64,000 nucleotides of DNA from contig OZ242214.1 of NCBI GenBank assembly GCA_965206595.1, forward strand, positions 4,672,001-4,736,000, in the 5' to 3' direction. The DNA is from Candidatus Latescibacterota bacterium (lineage in GTDB: Bacteria; Latescibacterota; UBA2968; UBA8231). Both the position numbers and the translations under genes were made by a program. Below the pieces are notes generated by a model. The model searched no databases, was not told the origin of the DNA, and worked only from the letters and a program-made list of their open reading frames with translations. This document shows positions 1 through 10,189 of this stretch, in pieces; position 1 is the stretch's first letter; each line of letters begins with the position of its first letter.

Positions 1-2643
1 CTGCTGGTGCAGGCGGCGGATTTCCACCTCTGACCGCTCTTCGGTGGCCAGCAGTTGGTCGCAGTCCGAACTGGCCTGTTCAATCTCGGCGGTCAGCCGC
101 TCGATTTCCCGGTTGTGGCTCTGGCCGATCTGGTCGAGCCTGAGCCCATCTTTGCGCAGGCTGTCCACCTGCTCGACGGCGCGAGCGCGTTCGACGCGCA
201 AGGCTCCAAGTGTCTCGGAGGCGCCGCGGCGGTCTGCTTCCGCGGCTCGCATGTTTTCTTCGGCCTCCTGGATACCGGCCTCCGACTCGGAGACATCCGC
301 ACCCAGTTCGCCAAGGCGGTCCCGTTCGGAAGCCAGCGTCGAAGCGAGGCTGGCAAACTGCCCGGCCAGCGATGCTGAGGTTTCCTCGACCTCGGACTTC
401 CGCGCTGCGGTCCGTTCGTTCTCCGCTCCGATCTCCTGGAGTCGCAGTTCACATCTGCGGACCTCTCCCGTCGATTCGCTTGCGAGAGCCCCGAGCTCCG
501 TGGTGTAGCGGATCAGGACCTCACGCCGCGACTCGGCCGCCGAGCGGGCCAACTCGGCGCCGGCGAGCCTGGCCCTGTCGCGGGCAATCTCCCGGCGCAG
601 GCGGTCGATTTCAGCGCCGCGGCCGAGGAGCCCATAATCATTATCTGTGGAGGTGCGGCCACCTTTAAGGCAGCCGAAACAATCGATCCCTTCGCCAGCG
701 GCAGTCACCAGCCGGACAGGTTGTGACATCCCGGGCAAAGCCGAAAAAGCCGGGGAGTCGATCCGGTCGATCAGGAAGGTGTTGTGCAGCAGGCGATCGA
801 CCAGCGGCCGGATTTCCTTCCCGGCGCGCACATGAGCTGACAGCGGGCCGAGAACACCGGGAAGATTCTCCACGACGACCGCGGGAGAGGGCGGGAAGCT
901 CCAGTTCAGGGGAAACACCCCGGCTCGCCCGGCGCCGTCGCGCAGGCGGCGGATCGCTTCCAAGGCCAAATCCTCGCTGTCGGCCACCAGCGCGTGCAGG
1001 GCATCTCCAAGGGCGGTCTCAACGGCCTGGTAGTACTCGGGTTCTACCTCGATGAGATCGGCAAGCACCCCCCGGAAGAGCTCGCGTGCCTCCAGATCCA
1101 GCATGAGGCTCCGCACACCCTGGGAGTACCCCTCGTACCCGGATCTGACTGTCTCGAGTACTTGGAGGCGGGCTGCGTTCGCCTCCAGCGATCGCAGCGA
1201 GGCCGCTCGCTCTTCAACAGCCCGCCCCAGCTGCCCCTCGGCTTCCTTCAGGCGCTGCTGGGCGGCGGCGAAATCTCCCTCGACCACGTCCAGCCGCGTT
1301 TCCAGCTCCGCCTGCTCCTGCTGCGCTGCGGCCAAAGGCTGCGCCTGCCCCTTCAAGGCTGCGCCCAGTTGGGTCTGTTCCGAGGTGAGTTGCCCCCGGG
1401 TCCGTTCCAGCCCCGCGGCTTCCGCCTGCAGCCTCTCGACGGTGCGGCCGCATTCCTCCCTGACACTCAGGGCGGCGCGAAGCCGCACGTTGGCTGCTTC
1501 TAGGGCGCTCTGCCGGCGTTGCCAGACAGCTTCCGCGCCGGCCAACGCCTCTTCCTGGGAGCGCAGCCGGCCTGCATCCGAGCGCAGCCTGCCTTCCGCA
1601 TCCGCGCGCGCGCGGAGGGTCTTCTCACGCTGCTGCCGGGAGGAGTCCAGTTGCTCCTGCTGCCGGTCACGCTCTGCGGCGGATCGTTCGATGAACTGTT
1701 CCCGCGCCCCCCGGCGCTCCCGCACCGCGACCAGGGTTCGCTCTCGCTCGTGCAGCTGCTCGACGCATCGCGTCAGCTCCACCCCCACGACCTGGAGGGT
1801 TTTCTCGGCGGTGGACACAGCGAGCCTGCGCTTCTCCAGCTCGGCTTCCTGCGCGGTAAGCTCGGTGAGTCCCGAAACCGCTTTCTTCGACAGCTCGTCG
1901 AACTCTTGCCGCAGCGGCTTCAACTGTTCCTGGATCTCGAAGAAACGGTGGCGGCCGAACAGCAGCTCGAGTTGTTCCCATTCCTGGCGCAGGGTCTGGT
2001 ACCGCTTGGCGCGGCCGACCTGACGGCCAAGGTAGTCGACCTGCCGCTTGACCTCGCCGATGAGATCATCGAGCCGGGTAAGGTCAGCCTGCGTCGATTC
2101 CAGCTTGTTCCAGGTCGAGCGCCTGCGGGCTTTGTATTTCGTAATCCCGGCGGCCTCCTCGAGAATGCGCCTCCTGTTTTCGGTGCGTTCGCTGATGATC
2201 TCGTCCACCATTCCCTGCTCCATCACCGAGTAAGCGCCCGGACCAAGGCCGGTGTCCATAAGCAGGTTCTGGATGTCGAGGAGCCGGCAGGGAACCTTGT
2301 TCAGTAGGTAGTCGCTTTCGCCGGAACGGAACAACCGGCGCGTCACCGTAACCTCGCTGAATTCGATCGGCAGGGAGTGGCTCGAGTTGTCGATCGTCAG
2401 CGATACTTCCGACATCCCGAGCGGCTTGCGATGGCGCGTCCCGCTGAAGATCACGTCTTCCATTCGGTGGCCGCGAACCGCTCCGGCCCGCTGCTCCCCG
2501 AGAACCCACCGGATCGCCTCGACAATGTTCGACTTGCCGCAGCCGTTGGGGCCGACGATGGAGGTGATCCCACTGCCAAAGGGGATCTCAACCTTGGTCA
2601 GGAACGACTTGAAGCCGAAAATTTCGACATTCGTCAGCCGCAC
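1..2643 (-). CDS. smc: Chromosome segregation protein SMC (5' part; runs off the left edge)
   Basis: Manual minus-strand translation from GTG 2643: VRLTNVEIFGFKSF...GITSIVGPNGCGKSNIVEAIRWVLGEQ (SMC Walker A head), followed by coiled coil. Absent from the ORF track, consistent with no stop in the window. Confidence 0.95.
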   Translation of the reverse strand, partial: MRLTNVEIFGFKSFLTKVEIPFGSGITSIVGPNGCGKSNIVEAIRWVLGEQRAGAVRGHRMEDVIFSGTRHRKPLGMSEVSLTIDNSSHSLPIEFSEVTVTRRLFRSGESDYLLNKVPCRLLDIQNLLMDTGLGPGAYSVMEQGMVDEIISERTENRRRILEEAAGITKYKARRRSTWNKLESTQADLTRLDDLIGEVKRQVDYLGRQVGRAKRYQTLRQEWEQLELLFGRHRFFEIQEQLKPLRQEFDELSKKAVSGLTELTAQEAELEKRRLAVSTAEKTLQVVGVELTRCVEQLHERERTLVAVRERRGAREQFIERSAAERDRQQEQLDSSRQQREKTLRARADAEGRLRSDAGRLRSQEEALAGAEAVWQRRQSALEAANVRLRAALSVREECGRTVERLQAEAAGLERTRGQLTSEQTQLGAALKGQAQPLAAAQQEQAELETRLDVVEGDFAAAQQRLKEAEGQLGRAVEERAASLRSLEANAARLQVLETVRSGYEGYSQGVRSLMLDLEARELFRGVLADLIEVEPEYYQAVETALGDALHALVADSEDLALEAIRRLRDGAGRAGVFPLNWSFPPSPAVVVENLPGVLGPLSAHVRAGKEIRPLVDRLLHNTFLIDRIDSPAFSALPGMSQPVRLVTAAGEGIDCFGCLKGGRTSTDNDYGLLGRGAEIDRLRREIARDRARLAGAELARSAAESRREVLIRYTTELGALASESTGEVRRCELRLQEIGAENERTAARKSEVEETSASLAGQFASLASTLASERDRLGELGADVSESEAGIQEAEENMRAAEADRRGASETLGALRVERARAVEQVDSLRKDGLRLDQIGQSHNREIERLTAEIEQASSDCDQLLATEERSEVEIRRLHQQ

Positions 2644-3026
2644 CTATCGAACTCCTTTCTGCGTCGGCGATACGAGGCGCGGAAAGCCCCGCGGCGGCAG
2701 AGCTTTTCGGGATCGTCGGACGAGGTGGGTGATGAAAGAAATTATGCCGGCGAAACGTCTTGGGGAGAGAGCTCTGACAGTGGGGAAGAGAACGGGGGCA
2801 CTACTCGTTGTGGGTCGGACAACTGCACAACAATTGGTGCTGACAGTCGAGAATGATACCATATGTAGAAGTTCCGGTCAAGACATTGGCCGGCTGGGAG
2901 CGAAGCGAGCGGCGAGGTGGAGTTTAGTTTCTGCTTGCGTAAGTAAGCGGCAGGATTCACGCAGAATTGCGCGCAGGAAACAGGGCTGACCGAAGCTTGG
3001 ACCGGCGAGAGACATCGCCGCGTCCG

Positions 3027-3509
3027 TCAGGTCGGATCGACGTCGTCGTTCCGTCCCATCCCGATGATTTGCTCAGCCTGGATCTCCCGCCTGCCTGCGT
3101 AGCCGCCGTCCAGCTCGTGCCAGAAGCCGACCTCCGGCTCGCCGCGCTGCCAGCATATGAAGACCCAGCGCCCTTCGAAGACCGTCGGAAAATCGATGAG
3201 CCCGCGATCAAGTCCACCCGGCGGGAAACGCATGCCACGCCCGAGAATCTCCCGCGACACGACCTCGTTCAGGTCGCGTATGAGCCCCTTGGCCGAGGCG
3301 GTGTGCCGTTCGTAGGCGGCGTGGTCGGGGTTGGTTTCGGCGGCGAGTCGCTCGCCCCACATCACTTCGAGGATTTCGATCTGCCTGCGGATGTCGAAAA
3401 GCTCCTGTTTTTTGCCGTCGAGCTGCTCGAAAACCGCGTTGAGGATCGGCAGCGAGGCATTGGCCTCCTCGACGGTGAACGGCCTGTGTCCGGGATCGTG
3501 TGTGGCCAT
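3027..3509 (-). CDS. DUF2203-family protein
   Basis: FTVEEANASLP N-terminus and GLIDFP...FICWQRGEPEVGFWH...GYAGRR C-terminus; ATG at 3509. Confidence 0.85.
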   Translation of the reverse strand: MATHDPGHRPFTVEEANASLPILNAVFEQLDGKKQELFDIRRQIEILEVMWGERLAAETNPDHAAYERHTASAKGLIRDLNEVVSREILGRGMRFPPGGLDRGLIDFPTVFEGRWVFICWQRGEPEVGFWHELDGGYAGRREIQAEQIIGMGRNDDVDPT

Positions 3510-3676
3510 GAGTCGGGGCTGGGGTTCGGGTTGCGGGGCGCGGGAGTATACCGAAGCGGCTGTACCCTTGCAATCCATGAATCGGCGTGGACCCCTGAAG
3601 CAGGTTTGCCCCACCATGGTCGATGGGGCATATTAGGGCGGTCTGGAGCGAGGAGGACTGCGAGGGCCAGCGGCGG

Positions 3677-3964
3677 ATGGCGGTAACGGAAGATGACGTC
3701 CGCAGGGTGGCGGACTTGGCACGGCTGCAACTCTCCCACGAGGAGAAAGTCCTCCTCACCGAAGAGCTCAACAGAATTCTCTCCTACATGGAGAAGCTCG
3801 ACGAACTCGACACCCGGGACGTCGAGCCCACCTCCCACGTCGTCCCTGTCAGCAACCCCTTGCGCGCGGACGAGGCGGAGGTATTCCCCAACCGCGGCGA
3901 AATTCTGGCGTTGGCTCCGGATGTCAAGAACGGCTATTTCAGGGTCCCGAAAATCATCGAGTAG
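3677..3964 (+). CDS. gatC: Asp-tRNA(Asn)/Glu-tRNA(Gln) amidotransferase subunit C
   Basis: MAVTEDDVRRVADLARL...LDELDTRDVEPTSH...NPLRAD...GYFRVPKIIE, 95 aa. Confidence 0.95.
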   Translation: MAVTEDDVRRVADLARLQLSHEEKVLLTEELNRILSYMEKLDELDTRDVEPTSHVVPVSNPLRADEAEVFPNRGEILALAPDVKNGYFRVPKIIE

Positions 3965-4071
3965 GCTATCGGCGGCAGCAGCGATGTCGCCGCTTCTTTT
4001 TTGTGGTGGCCGGCCGATTTGTCGCCGGAAATTACTGGGCGTTGCAAAGCATTCCCGAGAAGGCAAACGCA

Positions 4072-5853
4072 GTGACAGGTGAGTACGGGGGGCCGAAGTT
4101 CGTCGTCGTCGCAGGGGGCGTGATGAGCGGGGTCGGCAAGGGCCTGACTACCGCGTCGATCGGGCGAATTCTCTCCGAGTACGGATACCGCACGACAGCG
4201 GTCAAGATCGACCCCTACATCAACTACGACGCCGGCACTCTGCGTCCGACCGAGCACGGCGAGGTCTGGGTTACCGACGACGGCGGCGAAATCGATCAGG
4301 ATCTCGGCAACTACGAGCGCTTTCTCGGACTCGACCTGCCGCGCCAGAACAACCTGACCACCGGCCAGATCTACCACAGCGTGATCGAACGCGAGCGGCG
4401 CGGCGACTACCTGGGGCATACGGTGCAGCCGATTCCCCACGTAACCGATGAAATTCAGCGCCGCATTCTCGATGCCGTCGAGGGGTACGACGTCGGCCTG
4501 ATCGAGATCGGGGGCACCGTCGGTGACTACGAGAATGAGCCGTTTCTGTTCGCTGCGAAGGCACTTGAGCGCGAAATCGGTGAGGAGCACTTCGTGTTCG
4601 CCCTCATCACCTACCTGCCGGTTCCTCAGCACGTCGGGGAGATGAAGACCAAGCCGACGCAACAGGCGATTCGTATGCTCAGCGAGCACGGGATATTCCC
4701 CGACTTCATCATCTGCCGGGCCGAGACCGGACTCGACGACGTGCGCAAGAAAAAGATCCAGGTCGGCGCCAACGTCCCGGCGGATCACATTATTTCCGCT
4801 CCGGATATGGCGACCATCTACGACATTCCACTGCGGCTCGAGGAAGAGAATCTCGGCGAGAAGCTGCTCGCAAAGCTCCAGCTCGAGCCGCGCCGGAAAC
4901 CGGACTGGTCGCATTGGCACCAGCTTCTGCGGCGCAGCAAGGAGCCGCGCAAGACGGTTCGGGTGGCCATGGTCGGCAAGTACGTCGAGATCGGAGACTA
5001 CCAACTGACCGACTCGTACATCTCGGTCAATCAATCGCTGCTGCACGCCGGCGTCGGCCTCGACGCGCGCGTCGACATCACCTGGGTGGACGGCAGGAGG
5101 TTCGAGACCGGCGAGAGGGAGCTGGAGGAACTCGAGGAGTTCAGCGGCATCATCGTCCCCGGGGCGTTCGGAGGAGGGGGGGCCGAAGGGGTGATCGCCG
5201 CCATCCGTTACGCCCGGGAACAGGACATTCCGTTCCTCGGGCTTTGTTACGGATTGCAGCTGGCCGTGATCGAATACGCCCGCAATGTCGCCGGCCTCGA
5301 GAAGGCGACTTCGGCAGAGTTCGAAGAGAATTCCCCATGGCAGGTCGTCTGCGTTCAGGAGACGCAGAAACAGGTGCTCGAGGAGAGCCGCTACGGCGCC
5401 AGCATGCGGCTGGGGGCGTACGCCGCGGTGCTCAGAAAAAACAGCCGTGTGCTTCAGCTCTACGAAGAGTCGGGGCGCCTGTGCGAAGACCGGGAGCGCA
5501 TCGAGCAGCTGCTGGCGATGCCGGATCAGGCCTTCCGCGTCGGCCAGGTCATGCTCGACCGCGACAAGGTCGTACTCGAACGCCACCGCCACCGCTACGA
5601 GGTTTCGCCGCGGTTCGTCGAGCTCCTCGAGGAGGAGGGCCTGGTTTTCTCGGGGCACCACCGCAGGGTGGACGGGACCCGGCTGATGGAGTTCATCGAG
5701 CTCCCCGGTCACCGGCTTTTCGTCGCCACCCAGGCTCACCCCGAGTTCAAGTCACGCATGGATAACCCCGCCCCGCTGTTCTCCGGTTTCGTCGGCGCCG
5801 CTCTCGCCTTCCAGCAGGAGCGGCTGTCGAATGCGAAGGCAGTCGCTTTGTAA
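4072..5853 (+). CDS. pyrG: CTP synthase
   Basis: GGVMSGVGKG, KIDPYIN, HGEVWVTDDG, KTKPTQ, GLCYGLQ (Cys), ERHRHRYEV, QAHPEF. GTG 4072 is the probable start. Confidence 0.97.
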   Translation: MTGEYGGPKFVVVAGGVMSGVGKGLTTASIGRILSEYGYRTTAVKIDPYINYDAGTLRPTEHGEVWVTDDGGEIDQDLGNYERFLGLDLPRQNNLTTGQIYHSVIERERRGDYLGHTVQPIPHVTDEIQRRILDAVEGYDVGLIEIGGTVGDYENEPFLFAAKALEREIGEEHFVFALITYLPVPQHVGEMKTKPTQQAIRMLSEHGIFPDFIICRAETGLDDVRKKKIQVGANVPADHIISAPDMATIYDIPLRLEEENLGEKLLAKLQLEPRRKPDWSHWHQLLRRSKEPRKTVRVAMVGKYVEIGDYQLTDSYISVNQSLLHAGVGLDARVDITWVDGRRFETGERELEELEEFSGIIVPGAFGGGGAEGVIAAIRYAREQDIPFLGLCYGLQLAVIEYARNVAGLEKATSAEFEENSPWQVVCVQETQKQVLEESRYGASMRLGAYAAVLRKNSRVLQLYEESGRLCEDRERIEQLLAMPDQAFRVGQVMLDRDKVVLERHRHRYEVSPRFVELLEEEGLVFSGHHRRVDGTRLMEFIELPGHRLFVATQAHPEFKSRMDNPAPLFSGFVGAALAFQQERLSNAKAVAL

Positions 5854-5854
5854 G

Positions 5855-7816
5855 GTGAACCCGCCAGGAAGCGGCGCAGTCGGAACGGCTGCGCCGCTTC
5901 CTGGCGGCGTTTTCACGCCCCTCCGCAAGCTGCTCCATTACTCTGTATTCCCGCTCGCCTTCGCCGCTTCGAGCTGCGCGGCTCCCGAGAGTGACTCCCC
6001 GGTCCCGACCCCTCCGGAGGCTGACCGGGAGACCTGGGGCGCATCCCTGCAGCTGCGCGGGCCCGGCGGCGATGCCTTGATCCGGGCCTCCTACCTGCAG
6101 GACTTCAGCGAGCGGCAGACGGCCGTTGCCCGGGACGGCGTCGAGATCGCCTTCTCCGATTCCAGCCGGCCGCTATCCACCTCGGGTCTGGCAGCGGAGC
6201 GGCTCACCATCGACTACCGCGCCTCCCGCCTCGGGATGGGGGGCGACGTGATCGTCCGCGCTGCGGGTGCCGGGGGCGATAGCTTGAGCCTGCGCGCCGA
6301 CACCCTGGAGTGGGTCCAGGCAGCGGGTGAGCTGAATGTACACGGTACCGCGTCCCTGACCTCGGCGTCGGGAGGAACCCGGGGAAGGGACGTGGTTGCC
6401 AGGTTCGACCTTTCTCAATGGTCGCTGAGCGACGTCGAAAGCAGGTGGGTGCACCGGCGGCCTTCGGGCGAGGAATTCGAGGTGGCTTTGTCGGCTGCCA
6501 GGGAAACCGGGTCGAGGGGGGAACGAGGTGTCCTCGCGGAGTACGAGAAGCCCCGGATCCGTTTCGAAGGTCGCCGGCTGCAGAGCGGCCGCGGGACTTG
6601 GGAGGAGAATCGGGGGCGCCTGCGCCTCGAGGAAGAGGTCGTGGTAAGGGATTCGTTCCGCACCCTGCGCGCCGGGGAAATCGACATCGAGCTCGACAGC
6701 GGCAACAGCATTGCCCGCGGAGCCGTCGTCGTCGAGCAGGATTCCACCCGCCTGACCGCGGCCGAACTCGCCGACTTCGATGGTGGACGCCGCTGGAAAG
6801 CGACCGGTCAGCCCCTGGAACTGCGGGATGGGGGGCGCAGCCTGTCGGCAACTCACCTGATTCATCGCCGCGAAGAGGACAGTTTCCTCGCGACAGGCCG
6901 GCCGCGCTTCGCCGCAGGAGAAGACACCCTTTACGCGGACAGCCTCGACTTCCGGCGAACCGGCGAGCACCTGACCGCGGCGGTTTCGGTTCGGCTGTCG
7001 ACGGGTTTCGGCGCCACCGTAACCGCGGCGAGGGCGGACCTCGATCTGTCCCGGGAGCTGATTATTCTTGAGGGGGGCCCGCGGTTCTCGCAGGCGAGGG
7101 AGAGTTCCCTCGAAGTCGCCGCGGCGAGTATGTCGATCGACCTCGGGGCGCGCAGCCTTTCCGGAGAGGGTCGGTTTCGCATCGGCACCGACGGCGTGCA
7201 CCTGAGCTCCAGCCGCGGCGCTTACGACGCAGGCACCGACACCGCCGTCCTCGGGGGACAGGTCCGTATGGAGATCCTTGGCCAGAGGAACGCCGCGACG
7301 ATGACGGCGGATTCCGTGCGCGTCGCCATCGGCGACATGGGTGTCGGTGCGATCGAGGTTCCCGCTCCCCTGGCAGGATCGATCTCGGCCGATGGCGAGA
7401 CCGGCAGTTGGCTCCAGGCCGGAAGCGGCATCCTGGAGCTGGAGAGCGGCCGCCTGACGCGGGTGCAACTAGCCGGAGAGGCCGATGTAACCCATGTCGA
7501 TGCGGGGTCGCGCGATGCCAGCCGTTTCCGCTCCGACAGCATGGTTCTCGATTTCGACTCGACAGCTGTCCTCAGGCAGGTGTCGGCGCGGGGAAACGCC
7601 CTGGTCAGGACGCGCCTGGGAGATCGGAGCGAGAACGGCCTAGCCGGGGGAATCGACAGCAATGAGCCGGATGCCTCCACCCAAGGGGACGGCGCCATGA
7701 ACGAGGTGAGCGGCGAGCAGTTGGAGATCTTTCTCGACAGCACCGGCGCCGTAGCGGAGGTCAGGATCAGCGGCGCTGTCGACGGCCGTTACGCACCTTT
7801 CGCGGAGGAGAAGTAA
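5855..7816 (+). CDS. Long LptC/LptA (OstA-like beta-jellyroll) lipoprotein
   Basis: Hydrophobic leader ending LAFAASSC (lipobox-like); repeated beta-strand motifs (LRADTLEW, LRAGEIDI, LYADSLDF, MTADSVRV, FRSDSMVL); directly upstream of lptB. Confidence 0.75.
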   Translation: MNPPGSGAVGTAAPLPGGVFTPLRKLLHYSVFPLAFAASSCAAPESDSPVPTPPEADRETWGASLQLRGPGGDALIRASYLQDFSERQTAVARDGVEIAFSDSSRPLSTSGLAAERLTIDYRASRLGMGGDVIVRAAGAGGDSLSLRADTLEWVQAAGELNVHGTASLTSASGGTRGRDVVARFDLSQWSLSDVESRWVHRRPSGEEFEVALSAARETGSRGERGVLAEYEKPRIRFEGRRLQSGRGTWEENRGRLRLEEEVVVRDSFRTLRAGEIDIELDSGNSIARGAVVVEQDSTRLTAAELADFDGGRRWKATGQPLELRDGGRSLSATHLIHRREEDSFLATGRPRFAAGEDTLYADSLDFRRTGEHLTAAVSVRLSTGFGATVTAARADLDLSRELIILEGGPRFSQARESSLEVAAASMSIDLGARSLSGEGRFRIGTDGVHLSSSRGAYDAGTDTAVLGGQVRMEILGQRNAATMTADSVRVAIGDMGVGAIEVPAPLAGSISADGETGSWLQAGSGILELESGRLTRVQLAGEADVTHVDAGSRDASRFRSDSMVLDFDSTAVLRQVSARGNALVRTRLGDRSENGLAGGIDSNEPDASTQGDGAMNEVSGEQLEIFLDSTGAVAEVRISGAVDGRYAPFAEEK

Positions 7817-7817
7817 G

Positions 7818-8555
7818 GTGCCGCTGCGCATCGATCATCTGGTGAAACAGTACGGCCGCCGGCGGGTAGTGGACGACGTGAGCCTGCTCGTCGAAGCGGG
7901 TGAGATCGTCGGCCTTCTCGGCCCGAACGGCGCCGGCAAGACGACCACTTTCTACAGCATTGTCGGTTTCGTGCGTCCCGACGGGGGCTCCATCACCCTC
8001 GACGGCGACGACATCACCGATCTGCCGATGTACCGGCGCGCCCGCCGCGGCATCGGCTTTTTGCCTCAGGAAACCTCGATTTTCCGCGGCCTGACGGTAG
8101 CCGACAACATCACCGCGGTGATGCAGGCGCGCGGGGTCTCGGCTGTGGCCAACAAGGATCGCCTCGGTGAGCTTCTGGATGAGCTCCACCTGACGGCGAG
8201 AGCCCATCAGCGCGCCGACACCCTTTCGGGAGGGGAAACGCGGAGGGTGGAGATCGCCCGCGCCCTGGCCACTGAACCGCGCTACATCCTGCTCGACGAG
8301 CCGTTCACCGGTATCGACCCGCGCACCGTCGAGGACATCCAGGCGATCATCGCCGGACTGCGGAACAAGGGGCTGAGCATCCTGATAACCGATCACAACG
8401 TGCGCGAAACGCTGCGCATCACGAACCGCGCCTACATCATGGTCGACGGGCGCATTCTCGCCTCCGGCTCCGCTCGCGAACTGACCTCTCACGAGCAGGT
8501 TCGCCGCCGTTACCTGGGGGAACGTTTCGAGATGGACTGGCGAGCGGAAGAGTAA
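7818..8555 (+). CDS. lptB: LPS export ABC transporter ATP-binding protein
   Basis: [59 protein letters not shown]; lies before rpoN. Confidence 0.95.
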   Translation: MPLRIDHLVKQYGRRRVVDDVSLLVEAGEIVGLLGPNGAGKTTTFYSIVGFVRPDGGSITLDGDDITDLPMYRRARRGIGFLPQETSIFRGLTVADNITAVMQARGVSAVANKDRLGELLDELHLTARAHQRADTLSGGETRRVEIARALATEPRYILLDEPFTGIDPRTVEDIQAIIAGLRNKGLSILITDHNVRETLRITNRAYIMVDGRILASGSARELTSHEQVRRRYLGERFEMDWRAEE

Positions 8556-8561
8556 CCAGCC

Positions 8562-8577
8562 TGCAAAGCAAATGCCG
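8562..8577 (-). promoter_or_regulatory. Putative sigma54 -24/-12 element, antisense to rpoN
   Basis: Reverse complement CGGCATTTGCTTTGCA fits GG-N10-GC (consensus TGGCAC-N5-TTGCA). Confidence 0.55.
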
Positions 8578-8588
8578 TACCCCGCTGC

Positions 8589-8617
8589 TTGACACTGCCC
8601 CGGAACCCGAATATATT
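8589..8617 (+). promoter_or_regulatory. sigma70-type promoter of rpoN
   Basis: TTGACA (8589-8594), 17-nt spacer, TATATT (8612-8617). Confidence 0.75.
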
Positions 8618-8694
8618 AGTGGGCGAAATGTCCCTAACTTACTTCAGGACTTTCAGTTATCTCGTTTTTCCACCTCTGGCAATCGCATCGGGAA

Positions 8695-10161
8695 ATGCTG
8701 GGTTTTTCGCACAATCTGAGCCTCCAGCAACGGATGGCTCCCCAACTCATCCAGTCGCTTCAGCTGTTGCAGATGTCGACCCTCGATCTCGAGCTCGAGA
8801 TTCAGCAACAGATGGAGATCAATCCACTCCTCGAAGACACGCTGGAAATCGAGGAGGAGACGGATGAGGGAGCAATAGCGGAAGAGGGCCTGAAAGAGGA
8901 AGCGGAGCTGCCCGGAGGCTCCGACGAAGTAGACTTCGACGCCCTCCTCGGAGATTCCTTCGAACGGAATTCATACAACAACGAGGCCAGCGAGTACGAC
9001 CCCGACTGGGAACAGGACCGCGAGCCGCGGGAGAACCGCATCACGACGGTGCCGCCGCTGCTCGATCAGTTGCTCGAGCAATTGACGGTCGCAGAACTGG
9101 AAGGCCGCGACGTCGAGATCGCCGAGTTCATCATCGGCAACATCGACGACCGCGGGTACCTCACCTGCGCGGCCTCCGAGATCGCCGAGGATATTCAGGT
9201 ACCCGAAGCGGAGGTCGAGCGCGTCCTGGGGGTGATCCAGGGTTTCGAGCCGCCCGGAATCGGTGCCCGGGACCTGCGCGAATGCCTGCTGATTCAGCTC
9301 GAACAGCGCCGCGGAGAAAAGGGCGCCGAGGTGGCCCTGAAAATGGTCCGCGAACACATGGAGGACCTGAGCAATCGCCGCTTTTCCCGCATCCTCAAGG
9401 GGCTCGACATATCCAACGACGACCTGAGAACCGCGATGGAGCTCGTCGAAAAACTGCACCCCGCGCCGGGGGTCCTCACGGGGACGAGCGACTATTCCGG
9501 GCTGTTGACCCTCAACACCGACGATCCCTACGTGATCCCGGACCTGATTGTCGAAAAGTCGGGCGGGGACTGGGTTGTCAGTCTCACCGACGGCAACCTG
9601 CCCTCACTGCGGATCAACAGTTCGTACGCCGGACTGCTCGGAAGCGGCAGGAGCCAGGCCAAGGACGAGCTGCGTACCTACGTATCCAGGAAGCTGAACG
9701 ATGCGCGCTGGCTGATAAACGCCATCAACCAGAGGCGGGCGACGATGCTCAAAGTCGCCGAATACATCGTGCGCGCCCAGCTGCCGTTCTTCGAGAGCGG
9801 ACCGGGCCATCTCAAGCCGATGGTCCTGCAGGACGCGGCCGACGCGGTGGAGATGCATGTGTCGACCATCAGCCGGGTCAGCAACGGCAAGTACATGCAG
9901 ACCCCCCAGGGCGTGTTCGAGCTCAAGTACTTCTTCGACGGAAGGGTGCACCGCGAAGACGGCGAGGACGTGTCGGCGCGCAGCGTCAAGGAAAAGATCG
10001 CGGCCCTGATCGACGAAGAGGACAAGGCCGAACCGTTGAGCGATCAGGAGATCGCCGACAAGCTCGCCGGCGAGGGATTGCAGATCGCCCGACGGACAGT
10101 GGCGAAGTACCGCGATCAACTCGGAATCAATCCGCAGCGCTACCGCAAGAAGGCTTTCTGA
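8695..10161 (+). CDS. rpoN: RNA polymerase sigma-54 factor
   Basis: Region I PQLIQSLQLLQMS, GIGARDLRECLLIQL, HVSTISRV, RpoN box ARRTVAKYR. Confidence 0.98.
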   Translation: MLGFSHNLSLQQRMAPQLIQSLQLLQMSTLDLELEIQQQMEINPLLEDTLEIEEETDEGAIAEEGLKEEAELPGGSDEVDFDALLGDSFERNSYNNEASEYDPDWEQDREPRENRITTVPPLLDQLLEQLTVAELEGRDVEIAEFIIGNIDDRGYLTCAASEIAEDIQVPEAEVERVLGVIQGFEPPGIGARDLRECLLIQLEQRRGEKGAEVALKMVREHMEDLSNRRFSRILKGLDISNDDLRTAMELVEKLHPAPGVLTGTSDYSGLLTLNTDDPYVIPDLIVEKSGGDWVVSLTDGNLPSLRINSSYAGLLGSGRSQAKDELRTYVSRKLNDARWLINAINQRRATMLKVAEYIVRAQLPFFESGPGHLKPMVLQDAADAVEMHVSTISRVSNGKYMQTPQGVFELKYFFDGRVHREDGEDVSARSVKEKIAALIDEEDKAEPLSDQEIADKLAGEGLQIARRTVAKYRDQLGINPQRYRKKAF

Positions 10162-10189
10162 AGGGACCCCGGCGAATCGCGACAGCTGC

